From positions 11,332 through 75,331 of the forward strand of contig VXQZ01000052.1 in assembly GCA_009838735.1 (NCBI GenBank): 64,000 bases of DNA, given 5' to 3'. This stretch comes from Chloroflexota bacterium. GTDB taxonomy: Bacteria > Chloroflexota > Dehalococcoidia > Bin125. The notes under the pieces are model-generated. The model was not told the origin of the DNA. It made no database searches and worked only from the letters and a program-made list of their open reading frames with translations. Position 1 is the stretch's first letter. Each line of letters opens with the position of its first letter. The translations under genes were made by a program, and so were the position numbers. This document shows positions 1 through 8,340 of this stretch, one piece after another.

Positions 1-20
1 GCGGGAAAGGGAACATCGAA

Positions 21-1997
21 ATGAGCCGCAACAATGCATTGCGCGGATTTGCGCCCTTGAACTGGATTCCTCGGCGTGCGCGGTCCACGTATCACTGTGA
101 GATTTCCTGCGACGACGCGTGCTTCAGGCCAGCGCCGAACCACAGCGGCAACGAGCCGTTTGCGGCGATTCTGAACCGGCGCATTTCTCGCCGATCATTG
201 GTGAGAGCCACGATCGCGGGCGCTCCACTGCTTGCGCTCAGCACATCCCCGTTGGGTTCACAGATCTTCGGGTCGGCACCGTTGAGCAGACAGGCTGAAG
301 CGGCGTCGAGCACAATCGGTTTGCAGAGCATTCCTCACGACAACGAGGACTCAATCAACATCGCCGAGGGTTACACCTCCAACGTTGTGATTCGTTGGGG
401 CGACGCTGTCGTGCCCGGAGCGCCGGCCTTCAATCTGAACGGCCAGACGGCTGAGTCGGCAGCCAAGCAGTTCGGCTTCAACTGCGACTACAACGGATTC
501 TTCCCGCTGCTGCCGGGCCAGAGCCGGCGTGGGCTGCTGGGCGTCAACCACGAGTACACGAGCGGTGTTGACATGTTCCCCGGCTACGACGCGGACAATG
601 TGACGGCCGAGCAGGCCGCGATCGAAATCGTTTCGCACGGTCTCTCCGTGGTTGAGGTCACACGAGGCGAGGACGGTTCCTGGTCCTATGACGCATCGTC
701 ATCGCACAATTTCCGCATCACCGGAGAAACGCCGATGCGCCTGACCGGTCCCGGCGCGGGCAGCCTATACACGATCACCATTGCGGACCCGACCGGCGTC
801 GACGTGTTGGGCATGTTCAACAACTGCTCAGGGGGCCGCACGCCGTGGGGCACCATTCTGACCGCGGAAGAGAACTTCAATCAGTACTTCGCCAATGCCG
901 GCGAGGACACGCGGGCGGCACGCTACGGGATTCCCGAGGCCGGCTCGCGGCGCCACTGGGAGGATTTCTACGACCGCTTCGACATGAACATCGAGCCGAA
1001 CGAGCCGAATCGCCACGGCTACCTGGTAGAGATCGATCCCTACGACCCCAGTTTCACGCCTCGCAAGCACACTGCCATGGGTCGCTTCAAGCACGAAGCC
1101 GCCAGTGTCACCCTGTCGGACGATGGACGCGCCGTGGTCTACTCCGGCGACGACCAGCGGTTTGACTACGTCTACAAGTTCATCAGCAACGACCGCTACA
1201 ACATCTTCAGTCGCTCGGCGAACCTCGACCTGCTGTCGTCGGGAACGCTGTTCGCGGCCAGGTTCAACGACGACGGCTCGGGGGAGTGGCTACCGCTGGT
1301 TGCCGGATCGCCGCCGCTGCACACATGGACCAACGCCGGCATTGCCACGTTTACGCGGCTCGCGGCCGACGCGGTTGGCGCTACGCCGATGGACCGTCCT
1401 GAAGACATTGAAGTCAACCCGATCAACCACCGTGTCTACATCGCCCTGACGAACAATACACAGCGGGCGGAAGACGCGGTCAACGGCGCGAACCCGCGCG
1501 GTCCGAATACTCATGGACACATCCTCGAGCTCACCGAAAATGGCGGCGACGCGGCCTCTCGGCGCTTCACCTGGGACATCTTCATTCTCTGCGGCGACCC
1601 GTCCGACAGTGAGCAGGAGACGTACTTCGCGGGCTTCGACAAGAGTGAGCTTGACTCCATTTCGGCGCCCGACAACCTGGCCGTCGACGTCAACGGCAAC
1701 CTGTGGATTTCCACCGACGGACAGCCGAGCAAGCTCGGCCAGGCGGACGCCATCTACGTCGTGCCGACGGCCGGACCGGAACGCGGCCGGATTCGCCGTT
1801 TCATGACCGGCGTTCCAGACGGCGAGATGGCAGGTCCGGAGTTCACTCCCGATTTCGGCACCCTGTTTGTCAGCGTCCAGCATCCGGGCGAGGCAGGCGG
1901 CCTGGATGAGCCGACGAGCACCTGGCCCGACGGCGAGTTTCCGCGTCCCAGCGTGGTCGCGGCCTACAAGGACGACGGCGGGGTCGTCGGGACGTAA
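21..1997 (+). CDS. phoX: PhoX-family (DUF839) alkaline phosphatase, probably Tat-exported
   Basis: 658-aa ORF with a twin-arginine motif and hydrophobic stretch 'NRRISRRSLVRATIAGAPLLAL'. It carries the conserved PhoX/DUF839 block 'NCSGGRTPWGTILTAEENF' and beta-propeller-like repeats to the C-terminus. Confidence 0.8.
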   Translation: MSRNNALRGFAPLNWIPRRARSTYHCEISCDDACFRPAPNHSGNEPFAAILNRRISRRSLVRATIAGAPLLALSTSPLGSQIFGSAPLSRQAEAASSTIGLQSIPHDNEDSINIAEGYTSNVVIRWGDAVVPGAPAFNLNGQTAESAAKQFGFNCDYNGFFPLLPGQSRRGLLGVNHEYTSGVDMFPGYDADNVTAEQAAIEIVSHGLSVVEVTRGEDGSWSYDASSSHNFRITGETPMRLTGPGAGSLYTITIADPTGVDVLGMFNNCSGGRTPWGTILTAEENFNQYFANAGEDTRAARYGIPEAGSRRHWEDFYDRFDMNIEPNEPNRHGYLVEIDPYDPSFTPRKHTAMGRFKHEAASVTLSDDGRAVVYSGDDQRFDYVYKFISNDRYNIFSRSANLDLLSSGTLFAARFNDDGSGEWLPLVAGSPPLHTWTNAGIATFTRLAADAVGATPMDRPEDIEVNPINHRVYIALTNNTQRAEDAVNGANPRGPNTHGHILELTENGGDAASRRFTWDIFILCGDPSDSEQETYFAGFDKSELDSISAPDNLAVDVNGNLWISTDGQPSKLGQADAIYVVPTAGPERGRIRRFMTGVPDGEMAGPEFTPDFGTLFVSVQHPGEAGGLDEPTSTWPDGEFPRPSVVAAYKDDGGVVGT

Positions 1998-2039
1998 GCT
2001 CGATGTTCCGCCGGGCGACGGTGATATCGTGGCCTTCCC

Positions 2040-2114
2040 GCCCCCGTAGCTCAGGGGATAGAGCACCGGCCTCCGGAGCCGGGAGCGTAGGTTCGAATCC
2101 TACCGGGGGTACCA
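2040..2114 (+). tRNA. tRNA-Arg (anticodon CCG), CCA encoded
   Basis: Hand-folded cloverleaf: acceptor GCCCCCG/CGGGGGT (G1-U72 wobble), D stem GCTC/GAGC, anticodon stem CCGGC/GCCGG with loop CUCCGGA, T arm GTAGG-TTCGAAT-CCTAC, then ACCA. Confidence 0.9.
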
Positions 2115-2130
2115 GCGGCGCCCTGTTCGG

Positions 2131-2949
2131 TCAGTTCGTCTCCCAGGTGATCAACATGGCTTGCGAGGGTGTCCGCCATGCGGGGAAGTAGGCGTCGTCG
2201 CGCATAAACAGCTCGCCGAGCCGGGGACGCAAACGCTCGGCGACCGCGTCCTCGTCTCGCGGACTCAGCTCGCGATAGATGAACTGCAGGGCTTCGTCGT
2301 CGTTCGTGGGCCGTCTCTCAGGCCACGCGAATCCTTCATCCGCGAGTAGTACGTCCGGCACGATGTCCATTTCCCAGAGGACCGGCAACAGCTCGCGGAA
2401 GCCCGGCGAGGGAGCCTCGTCCTCGCCAAAGGCGAGCCGGAACAGCGCGGCGTTCACATTTGGAGGCGGCACCGTCCAGGTGAGGATGGCGACTCGGCGT
2501 CGCGCCGCCTCGTGCATGGCCCGGAGGAACGATTCGATCTCGGAAATGAAGTAGGTGACGTCGGCGGTGACGACCAGGTCGGCGCTGATCGCCTCCTCCA
2601 TCGGCCAGGAGGAAGCGATGGCCTCGGCGTTCTGGATGCCGTGCTGCCAGACGGCCAAGCGGAACTGCTCGCGCATCGCCGCCGAGGGCTCCACGTTGCG
2701 CAACGACTTGCCTCGCAGGGCGAGCGTCAAGCCAACCCGGCCGGCGCCGCCGCCGACTTCGATGATTTCATCGTCCATCTGCATTCGACGGATCACCTCT
2801 CTGATTGAGGCTTCGGGCAGACGGTGAGGATCGAACCGGTAGGTGTGTGCGAAGCGCTCCCAGTAGGACTCACCAAAAGGAGTGGCGAACCGGGACTGTT
2901 GCTGCTGACGAGCGGTGACCATCGCGTTGTAGCGTTCTGCGGCGTTCAT
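2131..2949 (-). CDS. class I SAM-dependent methyltransferase
   Basis: 272-aa ORF with a motif I-like 'IIEVGGGAGRVGLTLA'. Substrate cannot be inferred. Confidence 0.7.
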   Translation of the reverse strand: MNAAERYNAMVTARQQQQSRFATPFGESYWERFAHTYRFDPHRLPEASIREVIRRMQMDDEIIEVGGGAGRVGLTLALRGKSLRNVEPSAAMREQFRLAVWQHGIQNAEAIASSWPMEEAISADLVVTADVTYFISEIESFLRAMHEAARRRVAILTWTVPPPNVNAALFRLAFGEDEAPSPGFRELLPVLWEMDIVPDVLLADEGFAWPERRPTNDDEALQFIYRELSPRDEDAVAERLRPRLGELFMRDDAYFPAWRTPSQAMLITWETN

Positions 2950-3057
2950 TAGCGGTTGGAGGCCTCTCCAGGCGTGTGCCCGTCGTCATAACGTAGAGCG
3001 GTGATAGCGTAAGTTCTTGAGCGTGTCGACGGGCCGAGTGGACTGAGGGGACAGCCG

Positions 3058-3858
3058 GTGTCGCAACGAGGTCGCAGCGCTCGAACGCGTCCCCAGCGGT
3101 TAGCGCGTCGCCGAGCTGCGTCGCAAGGATTCGACCGCGGCGGCGTCCGACGTTCGAGGTTGTTTTCCCGTCCTGTCATCGCCACGGTCGGACTGGTTCT
3201 TGCTGTCACGCTCATCGCCAGTCTGGCTGTCGTCGCGTTCGACAGTAGCGGTCCGTCGCCAACGACCGATCCTCCCCCGGTTCGTCGAACCGGGTCGGAG
3301 GTCGATACCGGCGCGGTTGAAGGCAAGCCGCGCTGGGATGCACCGCCCGTGTACGGCCTGACGGAAGGCGTCGACTACACCGCCGAGATCGAATTGGAGA
3401 ATGGCGAGATCGTGGTCATCGATCTGTACGAAGGCCTGGCGCCGGAACACGTCAACAACTTCGTCTTCCTGGCCCGCGAGGGCTTCTACGACGATCTGAC
3501 TTTCCACCGAGTGGTTCCCGGGTTCGTCGCTCAGGCCGGTGATCCAACAGCAACGGGGACCGGGAGCGCCGGGTACACCCTTCCAGACGAACCGATTCAT
3601 GACGGCAACGAGCGCGCGCTGTCGGTCACGCCGATTGGGATCGTTTCGATGGCGCGCAGCGGACTGGGCGCGTCGTCGTCACAGTTTTTCATCAAGCTCG
3701 GCGATCAAGATCACCTGGACGGCCAGGGGTTTACCTCGTTCGGAATTGTGACGTCAGGGCTTGACCTGCTGTACGCCTTCGACACACGCGATCCGGCAGC
3801 GGTACCCGCTCCGCCCGCCGGGCCGAAGATCGTCGCGATACGTATCACTGAGCAATAG
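3058..3858 (+). CDS. membrane-anchored cyclophilin-type peptidyl-prolyl cis-trans isomerase
   Basis: GTG start, Arg-rich N-terminus and a TM segment 'VIATVGLVLAVTLIASLAVVAF'. The cyclophilin core includes 'FHRVVPGFVAQAGDPTATGTGSAGYTLPDE'. Confidence 0.8.
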   Translation: MSQRGRSARTRPQRLARRRAASQGFDRGGVRRSRLFSRPVIATVGLVLAVTLIASLAVVAFDSSGPSPTTDPPPVRRTGSEVDTGAVEGKPRWDAPPVYGLTEGVDYTAEIELENGEIVVIDLYEGLAPEHVNNFVFLAREGFYDDLTFHRVVPGFVAQAGDPTATGTGSAGYTLPDEPIHDGNERALSVTPIGIVSMARSGLGASSSQFFIKLGDQDHLDGQGFTSFGIVTSGLDLLYAFDTRDPAAVPAPPAGPKIVAIRITEQ

Positions 3859-3898
3859 CGAGCGTCGCCGACGCTTGCCCAGGAAACCGAGGTTCGTG

Positions 3899-4414
3899 AT
3901 GGCCAGTTACAGCAGTCGACCGGCAATGGCGCTCAAGGAAGGCGTTTCTTACGGGGCCACGATCGAGATGGAAGACGGCGGCACGATCGAGCTGGAGCTC
4001 TGGCCCGACAAGGCGCCTGAGCACGTCAACTCGTTTGTGTTCCTCGCCAACGACGGCTTCTACGACGGCGTGACCTTTCACCGGATCATCAGCGGATTCA
4101 TGGCCCAGGGCGGCGATCCGACCGGCACCGGCACGGGAGGCCCCGGATACAACGTGCCGGCCGAGTTCAACGACACCGCGCACGTCGAGGGTGTGCTGTC
4201 GATGGCCCGGGCGCAGGATCCGAATTCAGCAGGCAGCCAGTTCTTCATCTGCAACGCCGACGCGACGTTCCTCGACCGTCAGTACACGGCGTTCGGCAAG
4301 GTGACGTCGGGGATGGAAGTCGTACTCGCCTTCCCCGACCGCGACCCGCAGGACCCGCGACAATCGCGCCAGCCGGGACCGAAGATGAAGTCGGTGACGA
4401 TCACCGAGTCATAG
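3899..4414 (+). CDS. cyclophilin-type peptidyl-prolyl cis-trans isomerase (soluble paralogue)
   Basis: I use the internal ATG at 3899 ('MASYSS...') of ORF 3761..4414, because the upstream part overlaps the preceding gene. Core motif 'FHRIISGFMAQGGDPTGTGTGGPGYNVPAEF...SMARAQDPNSAGSQFFI'. Confidence 0.85.
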   Translation: MASYSSRPAMALKEGVSYGATIEMEDGGTIELELWPDKAPEHVNSFVFLANDGFYDGVTFHRIISGFMAQGGDPTGTGTGGPGYNVPAEFNDTAHVEGVLSMARAQDPNSAGSQFFICNADATFLDRQYTAFGKVTSGMEVVLAFPDRDPQDPRQSRQPGPKMKSVTITES

Positions 4415-4433
4415 TCAGCGAAGAGCAGAGTTC

Positions 4434-4685
4434 ATGTCGTCGCAGCCGCCTCAGATTCCCCCGATTCCACCCCTCGCGGTGGTGCTTCGGGTGATATCGA
4501 TCCTGGGGATGGGCCTGACCTTTTCCGGCTGTGTGCTGGCGCTGGTCGCGGCCGAATGGTGGTGGGCGATCGGTACCGGCGTGGCCTTCGTGCCATTCAT
4601 GCTGATCATGGGCATTGTTGACCGGCTGATTCCCGACATTTCCGAGTGGACCGCCGAACAGGCCCCGCCCAACGAGCAAGATTAA
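4434..4685 (+). CDS. small hypothetical membrane protein (two predicted TM helices)
   Basis: 83-aa ORF with hydrophobic segments 'LAVVLRVISILGMGLTFSGCVLALVAA' and 'AIGTGVAFVPFMLIMGIV'. A perfect hairpin follows it directly. No recognisable family. Confidence 0.45.
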   Translation: MSSQPPQIPPIPPLAVVLRVISILGMGLTFSGCVLALVAAEWWWAIGTGVAFVPFMLIMGIVDRLIPDISEWTAEQAPPNEQD

Positions 4686-4686
4686 C

Positions 4687-4726
4687 CAGGACGCTCTGCC
4701 GCAACGCGTTGCGGCAGAGCGTCCTG
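4687..4726. terminator. perfect 40-nt palindrome (20-bp arms) between convergent genes; likely bidirectional terminator
   Basis: CAGGACGCTCTGCCGCAACG|CGTTGCGGCAGAGCGTCCTG equals its own reverse complement. It lies between the stop at 4685 (+) and the stop at 4747 (-). There is no clear U-tract. Confidence 0.6.
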
Positions 4727-4746
4727 TGCGTTCCCTCGTCCAGGAG

Positions 4747-5169
4747 CTAGTCGTCGATTCGGGCGGTTGCCGTGCCTTTGACGACCTCGGCGCCATCCTG
4801 GTTGATCGTCGAGACCGAGAGATCGACGAGGCTCACGCCGTCTTCCTCGCGGATGTCTTCAACGGTGGCGGTCGCGGTCAGGCTGTCGCCCGGCCAGACC
4901 TGGCTGACGAAGCGGACCCCGTAGTTGGTCAGGCGGCCGTCGCCGACGTAGTTGGTCAGCATCTTGCCGGTCAGGCCCATGCTGAGCATGCCGTGGGCGA
5001 AGACGGTGGGGTAGCCCGCGACCTTCGTGGTGAAGATCTCGTCGGTGTGCAGCGGGTTGTAGTCGCCGGAGGCGCCGGCGTACTGGATGATCTGGGTGCG
5101 GGTGAGGTTGTCCACGACCTGTTCGCTGTGCTGGTCGCCGACGCTGAGGTTTGCCTTGCTGAGCGGCAT
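4747..5169 (-). CDS. MaoC-like (R)-specific enoyl-CoA hydratase/dehydratase, hot-dog fold
   Basis: I use the internal ATG at 5169 ('MPLSKANLSVGD...'). Motif 'QIIQYAGASGDYNPLHTDE'. The longer ORF to 5340 would overlap the upstream gene. Confidence 0.8.
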   Translation of the reverse strand: MPLSKANLSVGDQHSEQVVDNLTRTQIIQYAGASGDYNPLHTDEIFTTKVAGYPTVFAHGMLSMGLTGKMLTNYVGDGRLTNYGVRFVSQVWPGDSLTATATVEDIREEDGVSLVDLSVSTINQDGAEVVKGTATARIDD

Positions 5170-5207
5170 GGTTTGCTCTCTTCTGCTTTCTCTTCGAATC
5201 CCGGACG

Positions 5208-5693
5208 CTACTCGACCACTCGTGAGGTCTGCACGCCCACCGAACGGGCCGTGACAACCAGCACGCCGTCCTGGTTGTAGTACTCGGTGATCGACTCGTT
5301 GAACTTCAACGTGCCTCCGCGGCGGCCCTCGCGACTCCATGAGTTGCCGGGCTTGTCGACGGCCTTCAACACGTCGCCAGGCTGGATCGGCGCGTGGTAC
5401 TCGTAATGCTGCTCGGCGTGGAAGCCGGTGCCACCACCGCCGCCCGAGGATTCGCGCTTCACACCGGTTGGCTCTTTGCCCGAGCCGAACCAGGGCTCGC
5501 CGACCACTGGTCGGAGGACGTAGCCGTCCGTGAACTGAGCCGAGGCCTGAACGAACGTGGGCGGAGGAATGACGTGGCCCGGCTCCGTGCCGGTTGCCGC
5601 GTTGGCGTCGTGATAGATCGGGTTGTCGTCGCCGATCGAGCGAGCGAAGAGCATGATGTGCCCGGCTTCAATCGGAAAGTGGTCGGTTGCCAC
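5208..5693 (-). CDS. MaoC-N / FAS1-type dehydratase hot-dog subunit, partner of 4747..5169
   Basis: The GTG at 5693 is preceded by GAAAGGA about 7 nt upstream. Protein begins 'VATDHFPIEAGHIMLFARSIGDDNPIYHD'. It sits 38 nt upstream of the second hot-dog gene. Confidence 0.7.
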   Translation of the reverse strand: MATDHFPIEAGHIMLFARSIGDDNPIYHDANAATGTEPGHVIPPPTFVQASAQFTDGYVLRPVVGEPWFGSGKEPTGVKRESSGGGGGTGFHAEQHYEYHAPIQPGDVLKAVDKPGNSWSREGRRGGTLKFNESITEYYNQDGVLVVTARSVGVQTSRVVE

Positions 5694-5779
5694 TGGCGGG
5701 TCCTTTCGTGTTCGTTTGACGCGTACGGGCGATAGCTTAACGGACACTGTCCCGAGCATCGATTGGAGCGCGGTCGACG

Positions 5780-8215
5780 ATGACGAAGCCGTTCAGTGAG
5801 CTGCGCGTGGTCGAGTTGGCGGGTTCGCACGGGGGCGCCTTTGCCGCCAAGATGTTTGCTGACTATGGCGCCCAGGTCGTCAAGGTCGTTCCGCCGGATG
5901 GAGATCCGCTGATCCATCACGGAGAGTTGCTCAACGCTCACAGCCTTGGAGACTCGGACGTGGGCTCGATCTGGGCCTTCTGCAATACGTCCAAGTTCGT
6001 TCTCGAAGCGGATGCCGGTTCTGCCGACATCCAGCGATTGATTTCGCTATCAGACGTAGTGATAGAGAGCTCCGCACCTGATCCTCTAACGCCAGTGACG
6101 GAGGAACTGGAAGCGTTGAGGTTGGTCAGGGTCTACATCTCGCCGTTTGGGTTGTCAGGAGCCTGGTCGCGTCGCAGATCGAACGTTTTCACCGACGACG
6201 CGGCCAGCGGTCACATGTACCTCAACGGCGAAGCGAACCGGCATCCGTTTCGCCGGCATGGTCGACACACCGAATACGCGGCCGGCATGTATGGCTTCAT
6301 TGGCGCACTCGCGGCGTTGATTGCGCGCGAGTCGACGGGAGAGGGCCAGACGGTCGAGGTGTCGCACCTCGAGGCGATGGTGGCGATGCATCAGCACACG
6401 ACGACGATGTGGACGCACGCCGGTCACATTCTCAGGCGAGACGGCAATGCTCAGCCGGGGATGTGGCATCCGGCGGGCGTGTACGAGTGCGCCGATGGAT
6501 TCATCTTCCTCGGTCACGCGACCGGGACGAAGCTAGAACCGTTCCTACAGGCTGGCGGGATGGGGCACCTGTTTGACGATCCTCGCTTCGCTACCAACGA
6601 ATCGCGAGGCAGGAACAAGAAGGCGTTCGACGCGGCGTTGCGTCCCTGGCTCATGGCGCAGACCTCGGAAGAACTCTGTGAGCTCGGTGAAGCCACGTTT
6701 TCGCCGATGGGACCCGTCTGGAGCACTCACGAGTTCCTGGCCGACCCGCACATGGCCGCTCGCGAGTATTTCGTCCCGCTTGACGACGAGCGCGGCACCG
6801 AGGTGATTCCACGAGGGCCGTTCCGGTTGGGTTCGGACCTGCTCGGAGGTTCACCTCGACCGCCGACAAGGATCACCGTTGACGATCTCTCCGTTCAGGG
6901 AGATCCAGAACCAGCGCCGGCAACCGGTGAAACTCTGGAACAGGGTCCGCTGTCAGGGTTGCGAATCCTCGACCTGACTCGGGTCTGGGCCGGACCGATT
7001 GCCGGTCGACTACTGGGGGATCTCGGAGCTGAGGTCATCCACATTGAGTCGCCATGGAATCGCGGGCCTCTGGAAGTCGCGGACGACCTTGCCGACCTGA
7101 CTCATCTGTATCCGGATAACGAGCTGGGCGAGCGCCACTGGAATCGCAACGGCGGATTCAACAAGTTGGCCCGAAACAAACAGGGGCTCTCGATCGACCT
7201 GTCGACCAGTCGAGGCCAGCAACTGTTTCGCGATCTGATCGGGGAGTCGGACGTCATCCTGGAGAATTTCTCTCCGCGAGTATTTCCGCAGTGGGGGCTG
7301 GACTGGGATTCGCTGCAAGGGATCAACCGGTCGATCATCCACACTTCGATGCCCGGTTACGGCGCCAGCGGTCCTGGTGCCAATCGCGTGGCCCTGGGCC
7401 CGGTGATTGAGGCCGCGACGGGAATGACGATGATGGCGGGATACGCGGACGGCATTCCGTTCCGGTCCGGCGTCGCCTGGCCCGATCCGGTTTCGGGCAT
7501 GAGTGCCGTAGCGGGCACGCTGGTCGGGCTCTGGCAGCGGATGGCTTCAGGCGGCGAAGGCCAGCGGGTCGAGACGGCAATGATCGAGTCCATGGGCACG
7601 TTTGCCGGCGATGAGTTGCTCTCGGCGCAGGTCGTCGGACAGTCTCCGCCGCGTCGTGGGAATCGCGAACAGGGCGTGGCGCCACAGGGCGTGTACCGGT
7701 GTTTCGGCGACGACCGCTGGCTGGCGATTTCAGTGACATCAGATGAGGAATGGCGGTCGCTCTGCCGGGTCGCCGAGTTGCCGGACGCATGGCATGGTTA
7801 TGAGTTGTGGGAGCGTGAGATACGGCACGACGAGATCGATGCCGGATTGAATATCTGGACGCGTTCGATCTCGCCAGCCGAGGCCGCGATGCGGCTGCAG
7901 TCGGCGGGCGTGATTGCCGCCGGCCTGGCGGATGCACGCGATCTGTTGGAGTCGACACACCTGGCCGAGCGGCAGTTCTGGGCCGAAGTCGGCGGAATCG
8001 ACATGGGGGTGCTGAGGTATCCGGGCTGCCCGATTCGGTTGAGCCGGACCCCGCCGACATACCGCCGTGGAGCGCCCGGCCTGGGTGAGCACAATGCCGC
8101 AGTGCTGACGCAAGTGCTGGGCATGAGTGAGGCGGAGGTCGGAGAGTTGCTGGCCGACGGCGTGCTCGCGGAACGCCCGCCGAGCATCGAGGAAATGTTG
8201 AAGCCTCGACTCTGA
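5780..8215 (+). CDS. tandem-fused class III CoA-transferase (two CaiB/BaiF/Frc-type domains in one chain)
   Basis: 811-aa ORF in which the N-terminal CoA-transferase signature occurs twice: 'LRVVELAGSHGGAFAAKMFADYGAQVVKV' and 'LRILDLTRVWAGPIAGRLLGDLGAEVIHIESP'. A Pro-rich linker separates the two halves. Confidence 0.85.
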   Translation: MTKPFSELRVVELAGSHGGAFAAKMFADYGAQVVKVVPPDGDPLIHHGELLNAHSLGDSDVGSIWAFCNTSKFVLEADAGSADIQRLISLSDVVIESSAPDPLTPVTEELEALRLVRVYISPFGLSGAWSRRRSNVFTDDAASGHMYLNGEANRHPFRRHGRHTEYAAGMYGFIGALAALIARESTGEGQTVEVSHLEAMVAMHQHTTTMWTHAGHILRRDGNAQPGMWHPAGVYECADGFIFLGHATGTKLEPFLQAGGMGHLFDDPRFATNESRGRNKKAFDAALRPWLMAQTSEELCELGEATFSPMGPVWSTHEFLADPHMAAREYFVPLDDERGTEVIPRGPFRLGSDLLGGSPRPPTRITVDDLSVQGDPEPAPATGETLEQGPLSGLRILDLTRVWAGPIAGRLLGDLGAEVIHIESPWNRGPLEVADDLADLTHLYPDNELGERHWNRNGGFNKLARNKQGLSIDLSTSRGQQLFRDLIGESDVILENFSPRVFPQWGLDWDSLQGINRSIIHTSMPGYGASGPGANRVALGPVIEAATGMTMMAGYADGIPFRSGVAWPDPVSGMSAVAGTLVGLWQRMASGGEGQRVETAMIESMGTFAGDELLSAQVVGQSPPRRGNREQGVAPQGVYRCFGDDRWLAISVTSDEEWRSLCRVAELPDAWHGYELWEREIRHDEIDAGLNIWTRSISPAEAAMRLQSAGVIAAGLADARDLLESTHLAERQFWAEVGGIDMGVLRYPGCPIRLSRTPPTYRRGAPGLGEHNAAVLTQVLGMSEAEVGELLADGVLAERPPSIEEMLKPRL

Positions 8216-8234
8216 AGCGGTGGGAGGACTGGAG

Positions 8235-8311
8235 TGGTCGGGGTGGGCGGATTTGAACCGCCGGCCTCACGGCCCCAAACCGTGCGCTCTGCCAAGCTGA
8301 GCTACACCCCG
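8235..8311 (-). tRNA. tRNA-Pro (anticodon TGG), CCA encoded
   Basis: The reverse complement folds as CGGGGTG-TA-GCTC..GAGC-G-CACGG-TTTGGGG-CCGTG-AGGCC-GGCGG-TTCAAAT-CCGCC-CACCCCG-ACCA. Confidence 0.9.
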
Positions 8312-8340
8312 GTTGTGCTCACTCTATGGGCTCCGATGCC

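Noticed and set aside
7335-8270. 311-aa minus-strand ORF within the fused CoA-transferase gene
   Set aside because: Arg/Pro-rich antisense shadow ORF.
2040-8311. Integrated element at tRNA-Arg or tRNA-Pro (tRNA genes are common integration sites)
   Set aside because: There is no integrase, no duplicated tRNA 3' fragment and no compositional break next to either tRNA. The flanking genes look like core metabolism.
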